Of a stretch of DNA of 64,000 nt, positions 1-9,861 are shown in pieces; positions within the stretch are counted from its first letter, which is position 1; each line of letters begins with the position of its first letter. Made by a program: the position numbers and the translations under genes. The notes below the pieces were generated by a model that saw only the letters and a program-made list of their open reading frames with translations, did no database searches and was not told the DNA's origin. The DNA is taken from NCBI GenBank assembly GCA_024638645.1, contig JAHEJX010000006.1:9776-73775 (forward strand). Reading direction: 5' to 3'. The stretch comes from Actinomycetes bacterium. Its GTDB lineage: Bacteria; Actinomycetota; Acidimicrobiia; Spongiisociales; UBA5794.

Positions 1-291
1 GTCGAGCTGTCTGCGGCCGAAGATGGGCTGCGTGGCCTCGAACTCGCCAAGGCAGCGACGCCAGATGCCGTCGTGCTCGATATCGGCCTACCCGAAATGG
101 ATGGGTGGGAAGTTTTGAGGCGCCTTCGGTCGGATGAGGCAACGGCCGACGTCAAGGTGTTGATTCTCACGGCTCACGCTCAACCCGAGGTCGCCGAGCA
201 GGCTGTTGCCGGCGGGGCCGACGACTTCATGACGAAGCCGTTCCGGCCTACCGAGCTGCGCGAACGCATCGAAAAGCTGCTCGCCGGCTAA
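1..291 (+). CDS. Response regulator receiver (CheY-like) domain protein, 5'-truncated by window edge
   Basis: Frame open from base 1: AEDG..PDAVVLDIGLPEMDG..ILTA..FMTKPF receiver motifs. Confidence 0.85.
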   Translation, partial: VELSAAEDGLRGLELAKAATPDAVVLDIGLPEMDGWEVLRRLRSDEATADVKVLILTAHAQPEVAEQAVAGGADDFMTKPFRPTELRERIEKLLAG

Positions 292-334
292 CCGCCGCCG
301 ACCATGCTTCCCCCACCGGTTACGCTGCGCGTCT

Positions 335-1240
335 ATGGCGCGCCTCCTGATCATTGCCAATCCAGCGGCTTCCGGCTTTACCGGTGCCGCGGTGCGAATC
401 GTGAAGCGAGCCCTCTCAGCGCAGTACGAGGTAGACACTGACTGGCCGACATCAGCCGACGGATCGCGCCGAGCTGCAGCAGGCGCAGCCGCTGCCGGCT
501 ACGACGTCGTCGCTGCCATGGGCGGCGACGGAGTGGCTCATCATGTCGCCAACGGGCTCGTGCACACCAACACCGCACTCGCCTTGATCCCAGCCGGCAC
601 AACCAATGTGTTGGCGCGCATCATCGGGCAGCCGACCAAGCCGTCGAAGGCCGCTGCAGCCATCCTCAACAGCACGGCCCGGCCTATGACACTCGTACAC
701 GTGACGGACGGCAAGCGCTCGGACCATGCCCTCTTTGCTCTCGGAGTCGGTTTCGATGCCGACATGGTCCGGGAGTCTGAAAAGCGCCCCCACTCGAAGG
801 GCAAGATCGGCTCATTGCATTACGTTCGATCATCCATTTCCGTGGCACTGCGCGACTACCGGGCCAAGCCGGCCAACCTGATTGCAACGTGCGACGGTGA
901 CACATTTCACGCGGTAACCGTGATGGTTCAGATCCATGACACATACACGTACTTCGGTCCGCTGGCCCTCAGCCTCACTAGAGACATGAGCGACGGTCCC
1001 GTGGCGATGGCGACGAGCGACCTCCGGGTGCGCCGTGCCGTGGCGATTGCAGGAACGGCGGCCTTGAGACGAGACCTGGCAAAGCGCAACGGAGTCAGAC
1101 TGTGGTCCGGATTCAAGAAGTTGATAGTCGAAGCCGACCCAGGAGCTTCGCTGCAAGCAGACGGGGATTTCCTCGGAGTCGGCGAGTACTTCGAGATAAC
1201 GCCTGCGCCAGATGCCTTGCGGATGATGCTGCCGGTTTAG
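335..1240 (+). CDS. Diacylglycerol/lipid kinase family protein
   Basis: NPAA, GGDG, PAGTTN and QADGD motifs; TACGCT 8 nt before ATG. Confidence 0.85.
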   Translation: MARLLIIANPAASGFTGAAVRIVKRALSAQYEVDTDWPTSADGSRRAAAGAAAAGYDVVAAMGGDGVAHHVANGLVHTNTALALIPAGTTNVLARIIGQPTKPSKAAAAILNSTARPMTLVHVTDGKRSDHALFALGVGFDADMVRESEKRPHSKGKIGSLHYVRSSISVALRDYRAKPANLIATCDGDTFHAVTVMVQIHDTYTYFGPLALSLTRDMSDGPVAMATSDLRVRRAVAIAGTAALRRDLAKRNGVRLWSGFKKLIVEADPGASLQADGDFLGVGEYFEITPAPDALRMMLPV

Positions 1241-2424
1241 CCGCCGGGTGAGTAGCGATCCCGCAACTGGTGGGTGGCGACGACTCCGCTGGCGAGCGTG
1301 GCCGCAAACACGCCTCTGCGCCAAATGAGTCGACGCAGCGGCTCGCCGAGCGAGGCCTCGAGACGGGCCGCGATGTCGGCAGTGCTCGTCTCGTCTGTCG
1401 CCAGCTTCATGTCGACGGCATGTTCGATCCGCTCCGATGGAAACTTCTCTCTCAGATCTGCGCCCAGAGTTGGCCCGACCTCCGTCGCCAGCGCCGTAAC
1501 CAGATCTTCGAGCCGGCTGATGGCGTCTTCCCTGGCCGCCGGTCCAGGGTGAGCCAACAACTCTTGCGCCGAAGCGTCACGGGCCTTCGTCCATCGTTCC
1601 TCGAAGTCGACCCCTCCGCCAGAGCGGGCCACAGCTGATTCTCCGAGCCGATCGAGGATCGTTGCCAAATCGTTGATCGCCTTGCCCATTGCAACTCGCT
1701 TCACGTCGACCTCTTCTGCGAGGTGAGCAACAACCTGTTCAATACCCATCCGAGCGCCTACCGGCGGGTCGGCGGCAACCGGGAATAGGACCGGCCGTTT
1801 GAAGCCGTCGTGCCGTAGCGCTGCGATCAAATCGCTGCGAACCACGTCGACATCGCCTGCCGGCAACAGATCGATCTTGTTGAGAACGAAGAGGAACTGC
1901 TCTTCGAATGCCGCAAGCGGGCTGAGAAAGTGCTCGTGGAGGACATCGTCGTGGTATTTCTCAGGATCCATGATCCAGAGAACCGCATCCACGTGCGGAA
2001 GCAACTCTTCGACCATCTGTCTATGCCAGTCGGCAATAGAGTCGATATCGGGCAGGTCTATCAGCGCGATGTTGGGGAGTTTGTTTTGCAGCACCCGCTG
2101 AGTGATGCCGAGATCGTCAAGCAGTCGTTCTACGCCCTCCGATCGTTCTTGCGGTATCCAGGCCAATGGCGTCTGGGTGTGGGGCCGCAGAATGGATACG
2201 CCGGCAACGTCTTCGTCTGCAATTGCGTTGAGAAAACTCGACTTGCCGCTCCCGGTGCCTCCAGCCAGAGCCACAACGAGGATCTCTCCGAAGTGGCCCT
2301 TGCGGCCCCGTAAACCTTCCACCCGTGACTGAGCTTCAGCAATTACCTCGGCCGGTGCGTTACCTGTGCTTCTCGAAACGGCCAGCTCGACGGTGTCGAT
2401 GAGCTCGAGGATCGCTCGATTCAC
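1237..2424 (-). CDS. Dynamin-like/Era-like P-loop GTPase
   Basis: GGTGSGKSS, RPHT, DLPD, NKID motifs; 4-nt overlap with upstream GTPase gene. Confidence 0.8.
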   Translation of the reverse strand: MNRAILELIDTVELAVSRSTGNAPAEVIAEAQSRVEGLRGRKGHFGEILVVALAGGTGSGKSSFLNAIADEDVAGVSILRPHTQTPLAWIPQERSEGVERLLDDLGITQRVLQNKLPNIALIDLPDIDSIADWHRQMVEELLPHVDAVLWIMDPEKYHDDVLHEHFLSPLAAFEEQFLFVLNKIDLLPAGDVDVVRSDLIAALRHDGFKRPVLFPVAADPPVGARMGIEQVVAHLAEEVDVKRVAMGKAINDLATILDRLGESAVARSGGGVDFEERWTKARDASAQELLAHPGPAAREDAISRLEDLVTALATEVGPTLGADLREKFPSERIEHAVDMKLATDETSTADIAARLEASLGEPLRRLIWRRGVFAATLASGVVATHQLRDRYSPGG

Positions 2425-4133
2425 GAATCGGGCTCCGAACTGCCCGCGTCCGCGACAGCCTCGAGTTTCCTGTACAGCTCCTCGCCGCCGAGCTCTATAA
2501 CAGTCGAGCCTTCTGCGATTTCGATGGTGACTACTTCGTCCGGCGCGCTCTCGACAATCTCGACCTCGTCAATCGGCTCTGACCACGACCCGGGGATCTG
2601 GCCGGCAAGATCGTCGAGGCGCTCATCGAGAATGTCGGCGCGATCGACGATCGCCGCATAGATGTCCTCTAGTCCGTCCGATCCGAGGTAGCGGGTGAAC
2701 CGCTCGGCGTCGGCGGCAAGCGCTTTGCGCATGGCCTCGGAGAGTTCGGCACGCGCGGTAGCTATCAGATTGCTCCCGCCATCACGAAAGCGGCGATGCA
2801 GCAGACGTGGCATTTCGTCGCGGCCATCGAGCACTGCCCGCCACGCTTCCTGAACCGTTCTCGTCCTGATGCTGCGCCATCGCATGCGGCGCGGTTTGGC
2901 ATGAGATGTGACCAATGTCTCCAGGCCGGCGTGCCAGCCTTGCAGAGCCAGGGCAGCTGCCTGCGTAGTGTCGGCTCCGTGGCGCCACAGGGCCACTCCG
3001 GCACCGGAAACGAGCTCAATCGACTCATCATGTTTGGCCCACTCGGAGGCTGCTGCGTGGGCCGCAGTGCCCGCTCGGCGAGTGATCATTCCCGCGATAT
3101 CTCCCTGAGCGCTATCCCATGTGATGTAAGACGATGTGACGGCCAACTCGCCCGATTCAAGGTGTCGATCGAGCAGACTGGCCTGCTTTTCGTAGGCCGA
3201 AGCAACGGCATCAAGCAGCTTCTTGACGACCGGGAGCTCGGCAGCCATCGGCCTGGTTAGCGAACGGGCCCGCTCGGCGACCATGCGAGCAGTGGCATAT
3301 ACGGTCTCGTCCACGAGCCCGTGGCGATACACCGGATCGGCCACTTCGGCCAACTCCTTTCTGATCGCCGCCACCCCGTCGGCGTCGAGGCCGCCGATTG
3401 CGAGATCGATGTCACCTTCTGCGATTCCGAACAGCAGCGACGAGTCGGCCGCAGCAAGCAGCTCGCGGTGATAGAGCCGTGTGGCCAAGTCGTCGAGCAG
3501 GGCCTGTTGGGCTTCGATGTCCGCGGGAAGCCGGTTCATCACGAACAAGATTGGTATTCCGCGACGTCTGGTGCTCTTCAGGAAGTTCCAGGCCAGTCCG
3601 TCGGCGTATCGGCTCGGTGTTGTGACGAAGATACATAGATCGGCGATGGCCACGGCGTGGGCTGCGATGCCGCTCGAGTCGAGGCTGAGCGGAGGTGTGT
3701 CCACCAGCGTCAGGTGTGCGGTGAGCGAGCTCTCTCCGAGAACAAGGTGCGACTCGTCACCCAGATGTTGGGCAGCCCTCTCTATGAAGTCATTCCAGTG
3801 TCCGGCGCGATGGGAAGCGTCGGCCCAGACAACGGGATCGATCGTCGTCGGCCTCACGACGCCGGCCTCGGACACATGACTCTGTGCAATCGAGTTGAGC
3901 AACGTCGATTTTCCGACCCCGCTGGCCCCGACGATCGCAGCGACGATTGGAGCATCTGGAGCCCCGATTCTCGGTTCGAGATAGCCATCGAACGTGGACA
4001 TGATCTCGTCACGCTCCGCGCGAAACGCATCTGCGGTACTCCCGGGGAGAAGCATCGACGTATCGCGGAGGAGATCGGTCAATCTGGCGAGATCCGCTCC
4101 AATGGCGGCGAGATCGAGGGGGTCCATCGGCAT
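2421..4133 (-). CDS. Dynamin-like GTPase with long helical C-terminus
   Basis: GASGVGKST, RPTT, DTP, VMNR motifs; start placed at ATG 4133 to avoid overlap with mca. Confidence 0.8.
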   Translation of the reverse strand: MPMDPLDLAAIGADLARLTDLLRDTSMLLPGSTADAFRAERDEIMSTFDGYLEPRIGAPDAPIVAAIVGASGVGKSTLLNSIAQSHVSEAGVVRPTTIDPVVWADASHRAGHWNDFIERAAQHLGDESHLVLGESSLTAHLTLVDTPPLSLDSSGIAAHAVAIADLCIFVTTPSRYADGLAWNFLKSTRRRGIPILFVMNRLPADIEAQQALLDDLATRLYHRELLAAADSSLLFGIAEGDIDLAIGGLDADGVAAIRKELAEVADPVYRHGLVDETVYATARMVAERARSLTRPMAAELPVVKKLLDAVASAYEKQASLLDRHLESGELAVTSSYITWDSAQGDIAGMITRRAGTAAHAAASEWAKHDESIELVSGAGVALWRHGADTTQAAALALQGWHAGLETLVTSHAKPRRMRWRSIRTRTVQEAWRAVLDGRDEMPRLLHRRFRDGGSNLIATARAELSEAMRKALAADAERFTRYLGSDGLEDIYAAIVDRADILDERLDDLAGQIPGSWSEPIDEVEIVESAPDEVVTIEIAEGSTVIELGGEELYRKLEAVADAGSSEPDS

Positions 4134-4179
4134 GGCCCGATTACAGCACAAGCAGTGGCGATCGTCTTGAACGCGAAAC

Positions 4180-5031
4180 TCACCCCACTGCGATGCCGTC
4201 AAACAGGTTCTTCTCGTCGGGTTCGACGGTCACACGCGTCGCGAGCAATTCGAAATCCTCATAGGGGTATGTGTCGACCACGAGATCGACCGGCACATGG
4301 AACCAGAATCCATCGGGATCGACCTGGGTGCGGTGGGCCCGCAAGGCGTCGCGTCCCCGACTCAGCGTGGCTGATACGTCTACTGATGTGACCCGCTTGC
4401 CGATGTCGGCCACCGGGTCCATTCGCTCCATCCAGTCTGCGAAGGGCGACTCCCCCGTCCTGGTGAGCATCGCCTCGTGTAATGCGGTCAGCCGGGCCAC
4501 CGAGAACATCGGGGCATACAGCTTCTTGACCGCCCACGGCTCACCTAGCTCCGGACCGAACGAGGGATCAGCGGCGGCGGTGAAAACGTCTACGCCATAA
4601 CGGTGAATCGCCAGGTGGTCGGGGTGGGGGTAGCGCTCGTGCGAGTCGTAACCGAGCAGGACATGCGGGCGCTCGCGCCGCACAATCTCAACGAGTCGAG
4701 CCAATACCTCGGCTTCGTCGACGTTGGTGAAGGCATCCGCTCTGGCGTTGTCTTCTGTATCCGGCATTCCAGAGTCGCGGTAGCCGAGGAGGATCACCTC
4801 CTCGTAGCCGATGATCGCAGCCGCCTCGGCCAGCTCCTGCCGCCTGATCTCCGGCAGGTTCTTCTTGACGCCGGGCTTGTCCATTGCCGGGTTGAGGATG
4901 TCACCGGCCTCGCCGCCCGTGGCGGTGACGAGGACGGCCCTGACACCGTCGTCGATGTATTTGGCAACGGTGGCGGCCCCTTTGGAACTCTCATCGTCGG
5001 GGTGAGCGTGTAGCGCGAGCAGTCGAAACAT
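4180..5031 (-). CDS. mca: Mycothiol conjugate amidase
   Basis: HAHPDDESSKGAAT, GEAGDILNP, LGYRDSG, YPHPDH, AHRTQVDPDGFWF. Confidence 0.9.
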   Translation of the reverse strand: MFRLLALHAHPDDESSKGAATVAKYIDDGVRAVLVTATGGEAGDILNPAMDKPGVKKNLPEIRRQELAEAAAIIGYEEVILLGYRDSGMPDTEDNARADAFTNVDEAEVLARLVEIVRRERPHVLLGYDSHERYPHPDHLAIHRYGVDVFTAAADPSFGPELGEPWAVKKLYAPMFSVARLTALHEAMLTRTGESPFADWMERMDPVADIGKRVTSVDVSATLSRGRDALRAHRTQVDPDGFWFHVPVDLVVDTYPYEDFELLATRVTVEPDEKNLFDGIAVG

Positions 5032-5055
5032 AGGTCGGGCAGTATGGCACGGCGC

Positions 5056-5826
5056 CTAGGCGCTCAGAACCCGCAGCGCGGTCACGCCCTCCTCGCACTC
5101 CTCATGCAGCGGGCAGTACCTGCAGCCCGGACCGCCGCGCAGGGGGACCGTCGCTGGATCGGCAAAGCCGCCACGTAGCGTGGCGATCATCCCAGACAAT
5201 TTGCGAGCGGTATCCGCGGCGGAGCCCATCGAAGGGACGGTCACATGTCGCTCCCCGGAGGCGACCGATGCCGCCTCGACAAAAGCCGGCAACTCGCCCC
5301 TGACGAGGCCCCACAACAGAGCATAGAAATCGAGCTGATCCTCAGCACCACCGAGAGATCCGGTCTTCCAATCGACGAGGCGAACGCCACGAGAGTCGTC
5401 GAACACGGCGTCCACTCGTCCCCGCAATACGACCCCGGACCCGACGTTGCACTCGAGCTGTTCCTCGACACCTAAGCAGCCGTCTGTGGACACCAGCTGA
5501 AACCGTTTGTACAGCACGCCCACTTCCGCAATAACCCCGCGTAACTCGCTGGGCCTCAACTGGAGGCTGCCGAGCTTCGGATTCATCGCCTGCCCGATTT
5601 CCTCTCGGCAGGCCGATGTGAAGTTTTCGTGAGGGACTGGACCGGAGTTGAGGTGACGGGCGAAGATCCTGTGCGCCAGCATTCCCGAAAACGAGGATCG
5701 GCTGTCGGGGCCGTAGGTGCCCTGCACGTTCGCAAGAGCCTGCCCCGGGCACCGCAGAAACGTTGTGTAGAGGGTCGCCGAGATACTCAGCGGCTCTCCG
5801 GGCGGCACTGCAGGAAACTCGATCAC
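5056..5826 (-). CDS. PD-(D/E)XK RecB/Cas4-like nuclease with probable 4Fe-4S cluster
   Basis: RCP near N-terminus; GRVD..VDWKTG..QLDFYA; C-terminal CRYCPLHEEC. Confidence 0.8.
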   Translation of the reverse strand: MIEFPAVPPGEPLSISATLYTTFLRCPGQALANVQGTYGPDSRSSFSGMLAHRIFARHLNSGPVPHENFTSACREEIGQAMNPKLGSLQLRPSELRGVIAEVGVLYKRFQLVSTDGCLGVEEQLECNVGSGVVLRGRVDAVFDDSRGVRLVDWKTGSLGGAEDQLDFYALLWGLVRGELPAFVEAASVASGERHVTVPSMGSAADTARKLSGMIATLRGGFADPATVPLRGGPGCRYCPLHEECEEGVTALRVLSA

Positions 5827-5960
5827 CGGGCAATCGTACGTATTGACCGCGAGATGTGGTGGAATTGACTAAAGCGTGTGGCCAGTAAACTCCATGCCGG
5901 TCGTTGAACAGTGCCAGGAGCTCCGACCAAAACACCCCACGGTCCCGCACGTCATTTCGG

Positions 5961-7988
5961 ATGGATGTCCTGAAGCGTCTCAAGAACCTTTCTCGAAACG
6001 GGCGCCTCGCTCTTGTCGGAGCGGTGCTGCTCGTACTGTTGCTCGCTCCCGTCGCGGCCTTCGCCGTCGACGAGATGCGGTACAACGGCGAGGTGCCGCG
6101 CAACGTGAGCGCAGGAACGGTGGAGCTGGGAGGTCTTGGCCACGACGACGCCATTGCCGCACTCAGGTCCTACGAGAGCGAGCTGCGGCAATCCCCCATC
6201 AGCTATCAGGTTGGCGAGACGGTCTTTGAGATCCCCGCAGCCGACCTCGGCGTCGACATCGATGAGAACGCCATCTTGGAAATGGCAATGGAACAACGCA
6301 GAGGCGATGGATTTCTGTCGAGATTCGCTGATTGGTTTGGTTCATTCGACGATCAGATCGCCATCGAAGTGCCCGTTTCGTACGAGCCCGATCTTCTCGA
6401 CGACCTCCTCGACGGTTGGGAACAGGTGGCGATCAACGACCCCGCATTTGAGGGCGGGCTGATCGTCTCCGATGGAAGGGTTCTCCCGCAGTACCCGCAG
6501 CCCGGAGAGGGAATCGACCGCCAGGCGGCCCAAGCAGCAACTCAGCGGGCCTTGCAGACCATTGAACGGCGACCCCTCACTCTGGCGACGCTCGACCTGA
6601 CGCCAACTCTGACGGCAGATGACATCGATGCCGCAGTGACCCGGGCGAGTCGGATCATCGACTCGCCCATCACCCTGCGAGCCAACGATCCAGAGATCGA
6701 GGTCGAGTTCACGACAGCGACCTTGGCCGAGGCCCTGATCGCCGAGGTGCGGGCGACGGAGCCCGCCCGTGTCGACCTGTCCTTTGGCCGGACACCGATT
6801 TCCCGAGTGCTCGAGCCGCTGCGACAGGCAATCGAGCAGCCTCCTCGCGATGCCGAGTTCGTCATCGACGACGAGGACAACGTGACATTACGAGAGTCGC
6901 GACCCCAGACACTTTTGGATATCGACCTCGTAGTCGCCCGCCTCTTCGAGGTGGCCGATCGGGGCGGCACAACCGGCACCTTGCCCTTCGCGTATGGCGA
7001 GGAGGCCGCCTTCACGACCGAAATGGCGGAGGCAATGGGTGAGATAAGCAAGGTCTCTCAGTTCACAACTGAACACTCCTGCTGCGAACCGCGGGTCACG
7101 AATATCCAGACGATGGCGACGGCAGTCGATGGCGTGATCGTCCAACCCGGCGAGCAGTTCGACCTGAATGGACATGTGGGAGAACGGACCCGCGACAAGG
7201 GGTACGTGCCTGCGCCGCAGATCTTCGAAGGTGAAATCGTCGATGCCGTGGGCGGTGGCGTGAGCCAGTTCGCTACGACGCTGTTCAATGCAATGTTTTT
7301 CGGCTGTTACGAAGACATCGAGCACAAGGCACATAGCCGCTACTTCTCTCGATACCCGGAGGGACGGGAAGCCACCGTGTCCTGGGGTGGACCAGAACTG
7401 ATCTTCAGGAATGACACCGACGCTTTCCTGATCATCAAGACCGCGTTCACCAGCCGGTCGATCACGGTCAAGATGTTCGGCAACACCAATGGACGCGAAT
7501 GCACGGCAGGACTCGGCGACCGCTACGCCTACACCAATCCGCCGGTCGAATTCGAAGGCAACCCCTCGATCCCGCCGGGCACCGAGGTTCAGGACAAGGC
7601 GGGCGGGCGCGGCTGGTCTATCGACTTCTTCCGCTACGTGTCCTACGACGACGGCGGGGAAGAGACCCAGAGCTGGACGCACCGGTATCTGGCGACTCCA
7701 ACAATTGTGCTCAAACATCCCTGCGACCTAGAGGATGCTCCGAGCCCGTGCTTGATTGCAGTCCCCGACGTCGTTGGCATGAAGCCCGGTAAGGCCACGT
7801 CGACTCTCGAAACGTGGACCTTCGTGGTTGTCAAAGAGACGGTGCCGGTCACGGACGAGGGACTCGACGGCCGCGTCGTGTCCCAAAGCCCCAATTCAGG
7901 GCTTGGGCACGCTCGCGGCGCAACGGTGACAATCCAGATCGGTCAATTCGAGGAGGAGGGCGGAGACCCTGGAGCGGACCTGCTCTAG
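5961..7988 (+). CDS. VanW-family membrane-anchored protein with peptidoglycan-binding region and C-terminal PASTA domain
   Basis: N-terminal TM; RVTNI..GGGVSQFATTLFNA..HS..YPEGREATV; C-terminal VPDVVGM..GRVVSQSP..VTIQI; start could be 5904. Confidence 0.85.
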   Translation: MDVLKRLKNLSRNGRLALVGAVLLVLLLAPVAAFAVDEMRYNGEVPRNVSAGTVELGGLGHDDAIAALRSYESELRQSPISYQVGETVFEIPAADLGVDIDENAILEMAMEQRRGDGFLSRFADWFGSFDDQIAIEVPVSYEPDLLDDLLDGWEQVAINDPAFEGGLIVSDGRVLPQYPQPGEGIDRQAAQAATQRALQTIERRPLTLATLDLTPTLTADDIDAAVTRASRIIDSPITLRANDPEIEVEFTTATLAEALIAEVRATEPARVDLSFGRTPISRVLEPLRQAIEQPPRDAEFVIDDEDNVTLRESRPQTLLDIDLVVARLFEVADRGGTTGTLPFAYGEEAAFTTEMAEAMGEISKVSQFTTEHSCCEPRVTNIQTMATAVDGVIVQPGEQFDLNGHVGERTRDKGYVPAPQIFEGEIVDAVGGGVSQFATTLFNAMFFGCYEDIEHKAHSRYFSRYPEGREATVSWGGPELIFRNDTDAFLIIKTAFTSRSITVKMFGNTNGRECTAGLGDRYAYTNPPVEFEGNPSIPPGTEVQDKAGGRGWSIDFFRYVSYDDGGEETQSWTHRYLATPTIVLKHPCDLEDAPSPCLIAVPDVVGMKPGKATSTLETWTFVVVKETVPVTDEGLDGRVVSQSPNSGLGHARGATVTIQIGQFEEEGGDPGADLL

Positions 7989-8293
7989 GTGGCCGAATTG
8001 TCGTCGGCGTAGAACAGGAAGAAGCTCGAGATAACGCCGGCCGCGGTAGCCACTACATCTTCGTCCCAGCCATGTGGCCTGCGCACAACCACCTGATTCG
8101 AAGCAACGAACACGTGGTCGATGCCCGGAACCTCTCGAAATAGCCGATCCGCGAGCAGGGCCGGGAAGTCGGTCGAGGTGATTTCTTCGCCAGAGGTGTA
8201 CGAGACGCCGTCTTGCCCCGTGATACCGCGGTCGGTATCAAACATTGCGATGTCATCGACGACTGTCGACCCGACCTGAATCTTCTGTCCCAC
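7985..8293 (-). CDS. Standalone Nfu N-terminal (scaffold-like) domain protein
   Basis: LADRLF..PGIDHVFV..N.VVV.R...W pattern typical of Nfu_N. Confidence 0.65.
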   Translation of the reverse strand: MGQKIQVGSTVVDDIAMFDTDRGITGQDGVSYTSGEEITSTDFPALLADRLFREVPGIDHVFVASNQVVVRRPHGWDEDVVATAAGVISSFFLFYADDNSAT

Positions 8294-8355
8294 GTGCCCT
8301 CCCGGTACGTGCTGTCTGCGGCGCTGACTCTAGACCGTGCCGCAGGCCCTGCGAC

Positions 8356-9792
8356 TCACTCACCGACGGATGGGATGCCGGATATCTGTGAACCAATGAG
8401 ATGCAGCTTCATGAGGTTGGTGGACGCCGACCGGTTGGGCGGAATTCCAGCTGCCATGACGACACTGTCGCCGGGCTTCACGATGCCGAGGTCAACCAGG
8501 CTGCGCTCCGCGTATGAGATCATCTCGTCGGTCGATTCGACGCGTCCGAACTGGAGCGGTGTCACACCGGAGTAGAGCGCCATCCGGCGATACGTTTCCT
8601 CGATCGGCGTATAAGCGAAGATATCGGCGTGCGGCCGATACTTTGAAATCAGGCGGGGTGTCGATCCAGACTCCGTGAAAGCGACGATCGCGGCAAGATC
8701 GAGGTTGTCTGCCGCATCCACACAAGCCTGGGCCGTTGCCGAGGCGAAACGCGCCGCCGACTCGAGGAAGTGGATGTCCTCGCCGCGGCTGTAACTGGGG
8801 CTTGCTTCCGCTTCCACGCAGATTCTGGCCATGGCGGTGACCGCCCGCACGGGGTATTTACCGATGGCGGTTTCAGCAGAGAGCATCACTGCGTCCGAAC
8901 CGTCGAGCACGGCGCTCGACACGTCCGTCACCTCGGCGCGCGTTGGACGCGGTGAAGATGTCATCGACTCGAGCATCTCCGTGGCGGTGATGGTCAGCCG
9001 AGCTTTGGAATTGGCGTATGAGATGATCTGCTTCTGAGCACGCGGCACACTTTCGAAGGACAACTCGACGCCTAGGTCGCCCCTCGCCACCATCACGCCG
9101 GCGCTATCTTCGACGATCTCGCCGAGATTCCCGTAGCCGACAATCGATTCGATCTTCGAGATGACAGGGACCCCGTCGGCGAGACGCTTCACCTCGCGAA
9201 CCCCAGCTCCCGAGGTGACGAATGAGGCAGCGACGTAGTCAACGCCCAGCTCCTTGCCGAACTCGAGATCCTCCCGGTCCTTATCCGTGACGGTTGGGAC
9301 GTCTACCTGAATGCCGGGGAAAACAACACCCTTGTGGTCGCGCAGCACGCCCCCTTCGGTGACGCGACATTTGACAATCCCGCCGTCGACGAACATCACG
9401 TCCATGACGATCATGCCGTCTGCCATCAACACCGTGGAGCCGTCGGTCAGCGCCGCTGCCTCCAGGTTCTCGACATAGACCTCGCGGGAAGTGCCTTCTG
9501 CCTCGCCAGGCACCAGCACGACCTCCGTGCCGGTCTCGAGAACGGTTGATCCACCGGGGAAGGACCCAACTCGGATGCGGGGTCCTTGGATGTCTTGCAG
9601 AACGGCCACAGGAACTCCGAGACGCTCTGACGCCTCTCGGACCCAGCCGTGGTATCGCCGGTGCGTGTCGTGGTTCCCGTGAGAGAAATTGAGCCGCGCG
9701 ACGTTCATGCCGGCCTCTATCAGCTCCGTGATGTCCTCGAGCGAAGCGACGGCCGGTCCCAGAGTCGCGATGATCTTGGTCTTACGGGACAT
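8356..9792 (-). CDS. pyk: Pyruvate kinase
   Basis: TKIIATLGPA, ARLNFSHG, MVARGDLGVE, PTRAE, DAVMLSAETA. Confidence 0.97.
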   Translation of the reverse strand: MSRKTKIIATLGPAVASLEDITELIEAGMNVARLNFSHGNHDTHRRYHGWVREASERLGVPVAVLQDIQGPRIRVGSFPGGSTVLETGTEVVLVPGEAEGTSREVYVENLEAAALTDGSTVLMADGMIVMDVMFVDGGIVKCRVTEGGVLRDHKGVVFPGIQVDVPTVTDKDREDLEFGKELGVDYVAASFVTSGAGVREVKRLADGVPVISKIESIVGYGNLGEIVEDSAGVMVARGDLGVELSFESVPRAQKQIISYANSKARLTITATEMLESMTSSPRPTRAEVTDVSSAVLDGSDAVMLSAETAIGKYPVRAVTAMARICVEAEASPSYSRGEDIHFLESAARFASATAQACVDAADNLDLAAIVAFTESGSTPRLISKYRPHADIFAYTPIEETYRRMALYSGVTPLQFGRVESTDEMISYAERSLVDLGIVKPGDSVVMAAGIPPNRSASTNLMKLHLIGSQISGIPSVGE

Positions 9793-9861
9793 TCCAACGA
9801 CGTTACCAGTGCCACCAACGGCGCCTGTCCCTATCTAGAAATGCCGGAGTAGGTTGACGGC

